64,000 bases of DNA from Octopus sinensis (lineage: Eukaryota), in contig NC_043006.1 of NCBI RefSeq assembly GCF_006345805.1, positions 52,142,001-52,206,000 of the forward strand. Reading direction: 5' to 3'. The notes beneath the pieces were generated by a model that was not told where the DNA came from, did no database searches, and was given only the letters and a program-made list of their open reading frames with translations. This document shows, piece by piece, positions 1 through 10,789 of the stretch. A program made the translations under genes and the position numbers. Positions within the stretch are counted from its first letter, which is position 1, and each line of letters opens with the position of its first letter.

Positions 1-2
1 TG

Positions 3-446
3 CTCCATGTACAGGGTGTTGATGAGGTTCAGGAGGGACCTCGCCTGTCCTCGTTCACATCTTGTCATTCCTGGGAGAGAAAGGCCCTCGGGCCATCTGA
101 CATTGGGTAGATTGAAGTTTCCCATAAGAAGTACACTTATGTGTTGTTCTAATGTGATTAGAACTTCTATTTTTATAAGGCAGTCTTCAAACTTGCCTAC
201 ATGGCTTAGGGCATCTGGAGGGCGATATGTAGCACACACAACTACATCAAGTTGCCTTATATGTACAATTAGTGTGTCACACACCGAGTTTGAGTATGAC
301 AAAAGGACCTGGGGTGTGAGGTCATCACGGATGTACATAGCAACTCCTCCATGACTCCTTTCTTTTCTGTCGGTCCGTAGTACAACATACTGTGGTATGT
401 GTAATTCCGCATCTGCTATGTCCGGTTTCAGGTGCGTTTCCGTAAG
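3..446 (-). mobile_element. LINE ORF2 APE-type endonuclease fragment (CR1/Jockey-like); runs off the left edge
   Basis: Stop-free 148-codon frame not in the ORF track: LTETHLKPD..GGVAMYIRDD..YRPPD..LMGNFNLPNVRW; bounded on its 5' side by a (TA)n tract at about 447. Confidence 0.85.
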
Positions 447-991
447 TTATATATATATATATAATGACAAATTAATAAATAAAACATATACATATATACA
501 TACATATATGTACGTACCTACATCTATATGTATATATACATGCATATATGGGTACAGGACACCAAAAAAAAAAAAACGCCGAACACAATGAGAAACGAAA
601 ATATAAACACAAAACCAAGGAAATAGACATTTTTCTTAAACAACGAAAAAATGGAGTACAATACATTACAACACAAGGAACATTCCCCTTCTTCAGCTGC
701 CTCTGTTTCATCTACTCCGCGTTTCGAAGGTAAAGGCGAGACACGACTTCTTGAAACAATCCTTCCTGCAGAAAGCAAATTAAATAAAATTTGAGATTTT
801 TTGCGGAGGGGTAAAAATGGTAACAAAAACAGGACAGTAAAGACAGTACAAAATATAAACAGTAAAAGACAGGACGAGGAGAATAACAGTAGCACGAACA
901 TGGAGGGCTGTCAAGCCAGAACGAAAGAAAAAATATTTTGAACGCTTTGAAAATGGCTAATATACCATCACCGAATATACATACATACATT

Positions 992-992
<1 letters not shown>

Positions 993-1051
<59 letters not shown>

Positions 1052-1313
1052 AAAGGATTAATCGCAACAAGTTGCTCAAAACCACATACCGAAAATATTA
1101 GAAATAGCAGCCAAAATCGGTCACTATTTCCACTACTAGTAAAAAGTCTCCACAAACAAACAGAATTGTAACCCGTATATGGTAAAGAGAAAGAAGACAA
1201 CGAAATCCCAAGGCTGGGATTTCGTTGTCTTCTTACCAATATGGTCATTTCCATACCGAAAAAACTACTTGGTGAAATTTATTAATTTTATTAAATTAAT
1301 ATATTTCACTCTT

Positions 1314-1377
<64 letters not shown>

Positions 1378-1416
1378 TATGAGTATAATGTACATACTTG
1401 ATATCCTGTTGCTTAT

Positions 1417-1484
<68 letters not shown>

Positions 1485-1500
1485 TGTATGTATGACTGCA
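993..1500. repeat. Microsatellite cluster: (TA)n at about 993-1047, 1322-1380 and 1417-1457; (TATG)n to about 1492
   Basis: Read directly. Confidence 0.95.
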
Positions 1501-1778
1501 TGCATGTATATTTATATATATTGATAGGGTGTTATTATTTACTATCCCTCTTAAAATAGTAAACACGAAAATCACCATATATGGAATGTCGATTATTTAC
1601 TTTATCGTCCAATTTTATGTCAAAACGTTTGTTCCGTCCGGTTTGCAGTTTTTGTTTTTTGTTTTACTTTTCATTCTCCTGGTGAAGGAGGGTCTTGACG
1701 TCAACAGAAAAAAAAAGACATTATAGGTTTTATACACAGCCAATAAAAAGATAATACACATACACAAAAGAACTATTT

Positions 1779-1779
<1 letters not shown>

Positions 1780-1845
<66 letters not shown>
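1780..1845. repeat. (CA)n microsatellite
   Basis: Read directly. Confidence 0.95.
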
Positions 1846-1849
<4 letters not shown>

Positions 1850-2021
1850 TGTATCGATAATGACATGAAATTACGTTTTAGACACTCTGGCCGATAACTG
1901 ATGCGGAATTTGTGACCAGAGTTTGTTCTCCGTTCGCCTGTGCGTTTGTACATTCTCTGTATGTGGTATGTCCTTCCATCCCTTTTTCAAATTCTATACG
2001 TTTTGACTCCTGGAATATATA

Positions 2022-2526
2022 TCTATATATATAAAACTCTAGTTGTGTGAGTGTCTGTCCCCTTCGATTTAGATTCCTAACTCCTCCCACATTTTGCGGT
2101 GCAGTTTAACCAAATTCGGGTATCTTATAGTCATGATTCATATCGAGCCCGTCTGACTATTAGCGCGCGTCAACGATGAGTCTACGATTTTAAAAATAAT
2201 TTAACATCATTTTTTATTCCATTTTAATGCATAAAATGCATCGTATGTCGATGGCGGCGGAGTTGGCGTCCACGCTCACAGCTGCACCTGTTTGCTTCTC
2301 CCCCTTCCCTCCCTCGTGAAGCTGTGGGGAAGGGAGTGTAAAGAAATCAACGTCGTAATGCGTTGTGAAGGAAACCAGCGTTCTTTTAGAACAACGACTT
2401 CATGGCTTGAAGACATAAAACAAAAATGGCTAAGAAAGCCCGAATTTATAAGGGAAGTAACTCTCTAAAAATGCTTATATAGTTATTTCCCTTACAAACC
2501 CGAGCAACGCCGGGCGATACTGCTAG
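2022..2526 (+). mobile_element. Non-autonomous Helitron-type element, copy 1 of a tandem dimer
   Basis: 5' A|TC(TATATATAAAACT); 3' GC-rich hairpin cccgagcaacgccggg followed by CTAG|T. Confidence 0.75.
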
Positions 2527-3033
2527 TATATATATAAAACTGTAGTTGTGTGAGTGTCTGTCCCCTTCGATTTAGATTCCTAACTCCTCCCACATTTTGC
2601 GGTGCAGTTTAACCAAATTCGCGTATCTTATAGTCGTGATTCATATCGAGCCCGTCTGGGTATTAGCGCGCGTCTACGATGAGTCTACGATTTTAAAAAT
2701 AATTTAACATTTTTTATTCCATTTTAATGCATATTTTTTCGTGTGTCGATGGCGGCGGAGTTGGCGTCCGTGCTCACATCTGCACCTGTGTTGCTTCTCC
2801 CCCTTCTTCCCTCCCTCGTGAAGCTGTGGGGAAGGGAGTGTAAGGAAATCAACGTCGTAAAGCGTTGTCAAGGAGACCAGCATTCTTTTAGAACAACGAC
2901 TTCATGGCTTGAAGACACCAAAACAGAAATGGCTAAGAAAGCCCGAATTGGCATCTATAAAGGAAGTAACTCTCTAAAAATGCTTATATAGTTATTTCCC
3001 TCACAAATCCGAGCAACGCCGGGCGATACTGCT

Positions 3034-3035
<2 letters not shown>
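2527..3035 (+). mobile_element. Non-autonomous Helitron-type element, copy 2 (head-to-tail)
   Basis: Near-identical to 2022-2526 throughout, same hairpin and CTAG|T end. Confidence 0.75.
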
Positions 3036-3065
<30 letters not shown>

Positions 3066-3067
<2 letters not shown>

Positions 3068-3469
3068 CTCTTTTACTTGTTTCAGTCATTTGACTGCGAC
3101 CATGCTGGAGCACCACCTTTAGTCGAACAAATCGACACCAGGACTTATTCTTTGTAAGCCGAGTACTTATTCTGTCGGTCCCTTTTGCCGAACATTTAAG
3201 TTACGGGGACGTAAACACACCAGCATCGGTTGTCAAGCGATGTTGGGGGGGGGGACAAACACAGACACACAAACACATATATATATACATATACATATAT
3301 ATACGACGGGCTTCTTTCAGTTTCCGTCTACCAAATCCACTCACAAGGCTTTGGTCAGCCCGAGGCTACAGTAGTAGACATTTGCCGAAGGTGTCACGCA
3401 GTGGGACTGAACCCGGAACCATGTGGTTGGTAAACAAGCTACTTACCACACAACCACTCCTGCGCCTAT
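3066..3469 (-). mobile_element. tRNA-derived SINE, family A (about 400 bp), full length
   Basis: A box TGGCTGTGTGG, B box GGTTCAGTCC, CORE-like ccttgggcaagtgtctt segment, internal (TA/TG)n, tail gaaacaagtaaaagag; about 19 copies or fragments in the window. Confidence 0.88.
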
Positions 3470-3689
3470 ATAAAGAAAAGATTCAGCGTGACACAGAAGG
3501 GGAAAAGCTGGCCGTTTAAAACAAAGGCGCTACTCATTTTTGCCAGCTGAGTGAACTGGAGCAACGTGAAATTAAAGTGTCTTGCTCAAGGACATAACGC
3601 ATCGCCGGGAATTGAACTCACAACCTTATGATCGCGAGCCAAATACTCTTAACCACTAAGCCACACACACTATATATATATATATATAT

Positions 3690-3865
3690 AGTCAATACAA
3701 ACATGAAAACACAAAGAGAAAACACAACAATGCGAGGACGTGGAACAAATATAGCATTATTGGACGCTCAGGAAGGAAGGGAAGAAGGAGAGTTTAACGT
3801 TTCGAGCGGAGCTCTTCGTCAGAAACACAGGAAAAGGAAAAATCCAGAGAAGGGAAGACACGGCG
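3690..3865 (-). repeat. Short interspersed repeat with a hammerhead motif (probable Penelope-like terminal repeat)
   Basis: Contains CTGACGAAGAGCTCCGCTCGAAACGTT on the minus strand; related repeats at about 46570-46735 and 62657-62820. Confidence 0.6.
3792..3826 (-). ncRNA. Minimal type-I hammerhead ribozyme motif
   Basis: GUUU-CUGACGA-A-GAGC(UCC)GCUC-GAAA-CG-UU-AAAC: stem I GUUU/AAAC, full core, stem II 4 bp, palindromic AACGUU stem III. Confidence 0.7.
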
Positions 3866-4502
3866 GACTTATTTCAGTTTCTGTCTGCCATATCCACTCA
3901 CATGGCTTCGGTCGGCTCCAGGTTATAGCAGAAGACAGGTGCCACGCAGTGGAACTAAATCCAGAACTATGTGGATGGTAAGCAGGCTACTTACTACACA
4001 GCCGCTGCTGCGCCTATTGTATATATAGCATTTAAATAAAAAAAAATATGTCAACCTTTCCGTATGTAGATGCGCAACAAAAACAATAATGGTGAAGAAT
4101 CGCGTTTTAATGTGTCTATCGAATCATTCCACCAATATTAATAACATGCACCGGTTCAATTTCTGTAGTACCGGTAAATTGGTTAATATTTATCCAACTA
4201 ACTAATCGATCGTTTGTTTAATTTGTTGGTTACTAAACATATTTCTTTTCGTTAAAGTCTTTTCATTGCCGGCCTGGGAGATATAGTCATTGAAAAGTTT
4301 GCGTATGATGACGAAAGAACTTTGACGAGCAAAAAACAAAAAAGACAAAAACAACAAAAAATTCATTGATCATTTAACCAAAAAGTTAAACAGATAAGCT
4401 GTAGTAGAAGGCACATCCTCAATGTACTACGTAGTGGGACAGAATCAGGAACCATATGGTTGACAAGCAAGCTACTTACCACACAGCTACTCCTGCGCCT
4501 GT

Positions 4503-4700
4503 ATGAATTCCGGCGTTCGGACGCAATCAGAACGTCTAATGTGCCCCTTCTTGCTGGGTACGACTTCGTGGTCTCCGTTGCAGCTGTCCGTTTCATGTCT
4601 TACAGCATTTATAATGTCCACAGAGCATAGAGCAGCAGTCATGATGACGGCATCTTGATAACCGGCGCAAATCATGATGGTACAGGTAACTCTTTCCAGT
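4503..4700 (-). mobile_element. Tc1/mariner-superfamily (maT/DD37D-like) transposase N-terminal remnant, cut by a family A SINE fragment
   Basis: ..SCNGDHEVVPSKKGHIRRSDCVRTPEFI resembles the RKxHxRRSDxxRTxEFI linker as recalled; no catalytic domain visible. Confidence 0.45.
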
Positions 4701-4835
4701 ATTCAGATGGCTTCTAGTCCTCCATATCAGCTAACTTTTTCTTAACTACAACTTTAATCTTTATGCGCTCCAACGCCGTTGACTATTCACTTCCTGATAA
4801 GAGGAGAAATAAAAATCAAATTTAGTCGGAACGCC

Positions 4836-4876
<41 letters not shown>

Positions 4877-5142
4877 GAGAGAGAGAGAGGGGGAGAGAGA
4901 GATGGATGGGTGGATGGACGGATGCAGACATAGATATATATACAATTATACATACATAGAATAACAGAATATATATATTCATGCATAAACATATAGTCAA
5001 ACTTACATAAATCTCAAAGAAAATCATGAATTCACTCATGCATGAATACATATTTCCTTAATACGCTCTAATACTCACAATCTGGCGAGGTTCTACGCTT
5101 GTATAAAATTTAAACATATCATTTTATACGAATGCTGTTTCG

Positions 5143-5192
<50 letters not shown>

Positions 5193-5197
5193 TGAAA

Positions 5198-5423
5198 CAG
5201 TAATCCCTCGAATATCGTGGGTGTTACGTTCCAAAACCACCCGCGATAGGCAAAAGTCCGCGAAGTAGAAACAGTACTGTACAGTATTTCTTTGTTATCA
5301 TTTTTATAATTTATATATATATCTATTTTATTATAAATGCAAAACAACCCCACGGAAGAATCGACGTGAGCTTAGATAATAAACCACGATGGTCGAACCG
5401 CGATATGGCGAGTAATTACTGTA
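5198..5423. mobile_element. pogo/Tigger-like MITE
   Basis: Imperfect TIRs cagtaatccctcgaatatcgtgg / ccgcgatatggcgagtaattactg, followed by TA. Confidence 0.7.
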
Positions 5424-5591
5424 TATATATATAAGAACAGCCCGGATTACTGCTGTTCTTATTCAGATTCGTAAACAATATATATAAAGATATATTCTCA
5501 TAATTATTTCAAAATATCTATGTTTTATTTTAAAATATCCAAATTTAAATAATAGAATTTAGAACTGAAAATCTTTCAATGTTGAAGCACC

Positions 5592-7360
5592 TCAGGGTAA
5601 ACAATATTCATTGTGTAATTTTTTTATTGGTGTCGAAATGAATAAATTGTTGCTGCTTCCAAGACGTGAGTAAGCAACATAGAATTGACCATGGGAGAAA
5701 CATGTAGTAGAGAGATCATGTCCAACTACCTTGAGGGATTGACCCTGAGATTTGTTAATTGAAATACCAAAAGTTAGTTTGACTGGAAACTGAAGCGTCT
5801 TAAATTCAAATGGAACATCTGTAGGTGTGAAAGGAATTTTTGAAATAAAGACATTTCGTTCTTTGTGACTACCTGTTATAATTGTTGCCTGTAGGACATG
5901 AGGCTTCACGGAAGTAACAATTAAGCGAGTTTCATTACACAGGCGAGGTGGGTCAAGATTCTTAAGCAACATAATGGGAGCACCCAGTTTTAGTGTCAAG
6001 TTATGCGATGGCATCCTGGTGGGTTTAAGTGCGTTCGGAAATTCAATAGGGTGTTGAACAACCTGATCTTGATCGACTGTTAACTTTTGAAGAAGTTCAT
6101 GATTGAGTTTATTAACTATTTCATTAGCTGGAGACGGTATAGCTCTTTCATATAGCCAGTTTACATTTGTGTAATTGACAAATAAATTAGGAAATACTTT
6201 ATCCATAAGATCCCTAAGAAAAAGTGTCATTTGATCGCATGTGATTTCATGTAACTAATGTCTTGTGTTGAATGTTAAAATCCCATTATCAATCTTAAGA
6301 AGCTCGTATGGTCACCTTCTAAGATGAAGTTTTTTCACATGTCTCCAAAGGTATGATTTTCGTAAGCATGCATTGACCTCATCAGCTTTCGATCCTTTGG
6401 GGACACCTGACAACGTTTCACGAAAATCTCATGCAAGAAGAACTGTTACTCCTACCATGAGCGTGCTATTGTTTTTTAATGCCTTGGAAGCCACAGTCAA
6501 GTACCTCTAGAGCTTCACGATGTGACACTGTACACTCATCTCAAGCAATGAGGCAAGTTTCTTGGAGAATTGTTACCATTGCAGAGATTTTGGAAACGTT
6601 GCACGTTTGAGATTCTTTCATTGCAAAATTTAGAGGGAGCTTGAACATGGAATAAGTAGTTCTTCCCCCATTGAGGAGGGTAGCTGCAATACCAGAAGAT
6701 GCAACACTGGAAGAAGGTTAGATTTTATTTCCTCGCATTTAGGATTGTTAATGGAAGTGACAAAAATATCTCGTTTTCCACATGTCCTGACATATGTCAT
6801 AGCATCTTATGTTCGTTCATGCATATATCGAGAACCACCTGTGAATGATGACGGGAGGATTATATGTTTTGAATATCACTATCTGCCCTCAGAACATCTT
6901 AGAGACAAACATAATTTTTATCCCTTAACTTTTTGTTTTTTGTTACGATTGTAGAGGAGACACTCACCGTCAACTTTAGCATATATATCAATCAGCTATT
7001 GCTGAAATAAATCACGGTACATGTATTATTGATTTGATTGTTCTGGTCTTAACATCAGTTGGTAAGAATAGAAGTCATTTGACGACACCTTTTTGTTTGT
7101 AATTAGATCTCGTGTTGCAGGCTCAATCTGTGGAATATTGAAATGATGCCCACCTTATCCATTACACAAAATAAGAGGATGCTGGAAAGCATCATAAGAA
7201 GGATGAGTCTGAAACAAGTTTAAGATTGTTATCTCGAGCACGAATGAGAATATCACGATTTTCATGGGGATCACCTACCATAAGAATGGCTACTTCATTA
7301 GAGGTGGGCTCTTTAAAACTGCGTAGAATGTTCATTACTATATTTTACTACAGACGTAAT
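5592..7360 (-). mobile_element. Decayed, internally deleted Helitron RepHel: Helitron_like_N region plus PIF1-type helicase
   Basis: N-terminal motifs PTSNEVAIL, HPSYDAFQHPL, IDIYAKVDGE, ILPSSFTGGSRYMHER; helicase motifs VASSGIAATLLNGGRTTYSMFKLP, DFRE, MPSHNLTLKLGAPIMLLKNLDPPRLCN, QFPVKLTFGISINKSQGQSL, SHGQFYVAYSR; stops and frameshifts present. Confidence 0.9.
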
Positions 7361-7623
7361 AAAAGCAGAAACACACACACACTCACAGACACATACACAC
7401 TCATACACACATATATATGTATATGTAGATGTGCGTGTGTGTTTAATTCTCTGGGGCTTAACACTTAAATATTATCACACATACAGTCTGACATACACTC
7501 AAATACAGATACTAAGGCAGTCGGAGAGACATACATTCACGCATATCTCAGACGTTTCTCTGTCCATGTGTATGTCTCTCTCTCTCTCTTTAGATGTGTG
7601 TATGTGTCTGTTGTCACTAAAAT

Positions 7624-7747
7624 TGTATGTACATTCCTATATATATTATATGTATATAAATGTATGTATATTCCTATATATATTATATGTATATAAATGT
7701 ATGTATATTCCTATATATATTATATGTATATAAATGTATGTATATTC
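7624..7747. repeat. 37-bp AT-rich minisatellite, about 3.3 copies
   Basis: Unit tgtatgtatattcctatatatattatatgtatataaa at 7624, 7661, 7698, partial at 7735. Confidence 0.9.
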
Positions 7748-8153
7748 AAACACACATACACCGTCACACACATATACTTCTCAGTCATCGGCCTAAAGTA
7801 TGTAACGAACATGCAAACGCACACACACACATACACACACATTAAAAAAAATGTGACGTTGTGGTAGTATTCGTAGTGGTGATGGTAGTGGTATAGAATT
7901 TCGTTATATAATGTTAAATTTTTGTAATGCAAATATGTAAATGAAAATAAAGTTTATTTGGTAACCGAAAGATTACTAAATCTTTTGATATCCATACGTC
8001 AAAATTGGCAACTAAGTTTTCAAATGCATAAGGAACACATGTACACACACACATACGCGCACACACACACACGCACGCACGCACACACACACACAAACTC
8101 TGCTTTATATATTAAGATATATGCATGTGTATATACATACATATATAATGTAT

Positions 8154-8192
<39 letters not shown>

Positions 8193-9211
8193 ATAGCATA
8201 TATACTTACCTATTTACACATATACATACACATACACACACATATACATACATACACACACATACATACATACATAGGTATATACTAATAGATGTATATG
8301 TGTACGCACGATAGCGCACGCGCTACACACAAATACACAAAATGAATAAAATGAATACGTGTGTTTGAACGTCCGAAAATATGTTTGAGATCTGAGTTAG
8401 CAGAGGCCATCTTTCAAATTCCGAAAGTACATGTGTGGGTGTGTTATTGTATGTGTACATCTATGCACTACAACAAACAGGTTATCTTTCCGTGGGGTTT
8501 CTAAACGAAATAACAATATCAAGTCCTTATTTCCGAAACTAAAAAGAAATGTCCTGTGCGTAGAGTTACAAAGTGTAATTTTCGTAATTCAATTGGGGCT
8601 ATAGTTATTTCCTACGGAAATGTTTTTGACCACTGTTAAGTTATTAGGGCAAATGCATTCATCTTTATTTCTCTCCATAGATGGTCGTAATGACGTCGAC
8701 TCCTGTGAGATCTGTCTTATAACTATGTTTCCCACGTAAGAAATACATTTGAGTTTTTCCTTTTATGATATTTCCCAGAAGCAATTTGCGTGCAAAAATT
8801 GCTTTCTTAGATCAATTAATTGTTTCCCCCTGTATTACTTACTTCTCTAAGTTTATTTAACGAAACAAGTATTATTTACTGGTTTAAAGAGAAAAAAAAC
8901 TAATTATATCTCATGATTCTTTAAGTTTTGAGTATATTTTGAAGATCATTATACCTGGTTGCTTGATAATTAGAAATAGCAGGAAAATTTCCCACAAATC
9001 ACCCCCTATTGTTTTCAGGAACGAGAACACTAGAGAATTTTTGATATACGAAAATACAGACTGATCACAGCTTGAACGCCTTTGATCATAAATCTGCCTG
9101 ATTAGGTCTTAGGGCTTTCTAGCACCATCACTAAGCTGATTGGTAAGATCGGCTGGAATGGATTTAACATGTATAATTTAAGATTAATATATATGTCTAT
9201 GTGCTTATAGT

Positions 9212-9440
9212 GGATGCGCAATGGCCCAGTGGTTAGGGCAGCGGACTCGCGGTTTCGATTCCCAGACTGGGCGCTGTGTGTGTTTATTGAGCGAAAACAC
9301 CTAAAAGCTCCACGTGGCTTTCACAACTTTCTCTCACTTTCTCTTCCTGTTTCTTGAGTGACGCTGCGATGGACTGGCGTCCTGTCCAGCTGGGGGGAAC
9401 ACATACGCCACAGAAACCGGGAAACCGGGTCCATGAGCGA
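9212..9440 (+). mobile_element. tRNA-derived SINE, family C
   Basis: Head ggcgcaatggcccagtggttagggc..ttcgattccc and gcgatggactggcgtcctgtccag segment; related copy at 43499-43805. Confidence 0.8.
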
Positions 9441-10087
9441 CGTTTATCGTATGTGCTTATAACCCAAGGAGACATAACAGATGGCTCATTATTTGCACAA
9501 ATACTGGTTATAAATCAGAATTTAATCATATGATACTATTGTAAAAATATGAAAGTGTAATGTTACAATGCAGTTCTATGCTGCAAATTTAATAATCTTA
9601 ATATACAAAAATCAACTAGGTCGCATTATCTTATGCGATCTACTTACATGTTTCTAATATACCTGATAATCATGCCAGTTGTGGCAGTTTACACAATAAT
9701 ATAGTTTGTCCACTCACTCTGATAATCTTGCAGCTGTTGTAAGAGATACGTGCAGTAATAATTAGATTTAGCCTTAACAGATAGGAAAAAATATCCGGCC
9801 AGTAGAAAAACAAGAGCAAAATTTAGAATACTATTGTTATTGCTAATTTATCAGGAAGTTGATTTTACAAAAACAGATCGATGAAAAGAATTGATAAATA
9901 GTTATGTTTGAAAGAGTTGCCAAGCAGATTTCTTCCGTAGTTGGCAATAAACTGTTAATTTACAACAAAATAAGCGACACTTGTATTGTCCACTAAAAAT
10001 CTTTTTTCTTTTCTTTTTTTTTTTTTTTTTTTTTTTACGTTTAATTTATTGTAAGAATGACACAATGTTAGGGTGATTAAATACGCT

Positions 10088-10462
10088 TTTCTACTCTAGG
10101 TACAAGGCCCAAAATTTTGCGGGATGGGGCCAGTTGCAACTGGTACTTGATTTATCGACTCCGAAAGGGTGAAAGGCAAAGTCGACCTCGGCGGAATTTG
10201 AACTCAGAACGCAGCGGCAGACGAAATACCTATTTCTTTACTACCCACAAGGGGCTAAACACAGAGAAGACAAACAAGGACAGACAAACGGATTAAGTCG
10301 ATTACATCGACCCCAGTGCGTAACTGGTACTTATTTAATCGACCCTGAAAGGATGAAAGGCAAAGTCGACCTCGGCGGAATTTGAACACAGAACGCAAAG
10401 ACAGATGGAATACCGCTAAGTATTTCGCCTTGCGTGCTAACGTTTCTGCCAGCTCGCCACCT
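10088..10462 (-). mobile_element. tRNA-derived SINE, family B, composite (one head, two body segments)
   Basis: Head ggcgagctggcagaaacgttagc, B box gagttcaaattcc; gcctttcatcc..cgat..aagtaccag body occurs twice. Confidence 0.82.
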
Positions 10463-10789
10463 TAAAGTTGATTAAATATAGTCAGTGAGAGTAAAATCTC
10501 GTGGTGCAAGTCAATGTAGCTTCTAATACACTTTGTATATTTTTTTGACTAATTTGCTGACATAAAAACTGAGTATCTAGGTTTTTATACCAGTTAGTCA
10601 TTCATACATATCGGGTTCACTTTTTGTCTCCCATGATCTTTTATCATGACCCAAATCCTTACAAAGATTGAATTTTGTAATGTTCATAAAAAAAAAATAA
10701 TAATACAATATTCCTGTTCATCTCAAAAATGCTTCTTTTCAGCTATATATACTGTACTAGAATGAGTTGAATGCTTCGTTAGATGTTAT

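Noticed and set aside
690-775. Possible hammerhead pieces (CCTTCGAAACG and CTGAAGAAG on the minus strand)
   Set aside because: The core halves are in the wrong order for one motif and no NUH triplet follows GAAACG.
397-1953. Short ORFs rich in YI/IY, CV or HT repeats (also throughout the window)
   Set aside because: They are translations of (TA)n, (CA)n and (TG)n microsatellites; no splice or homology support.
3230-3433. Recurrent MSSDVGGTNT../PRCHAVGLNPEPCGW ORFs (also 16918, 17749, 18263, 51506, 60024)
   Set aside because: Antisense translation of SINE family A, not a gene family.
4304-4330. C-box-like ATGATGA suggesting a snoRNA
   Set aside because: No D box (CTGA) or terminal stem at a suitable distance.
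9019-9142. Plus-strand exon-like segment (ttttcag .. ttg|gtaaga)
   Set aside because: Stops in all three frames, and it adjoins a repeat motif (agaaatagcag..caaatca) also seen near 22550, 24300 and 61180.
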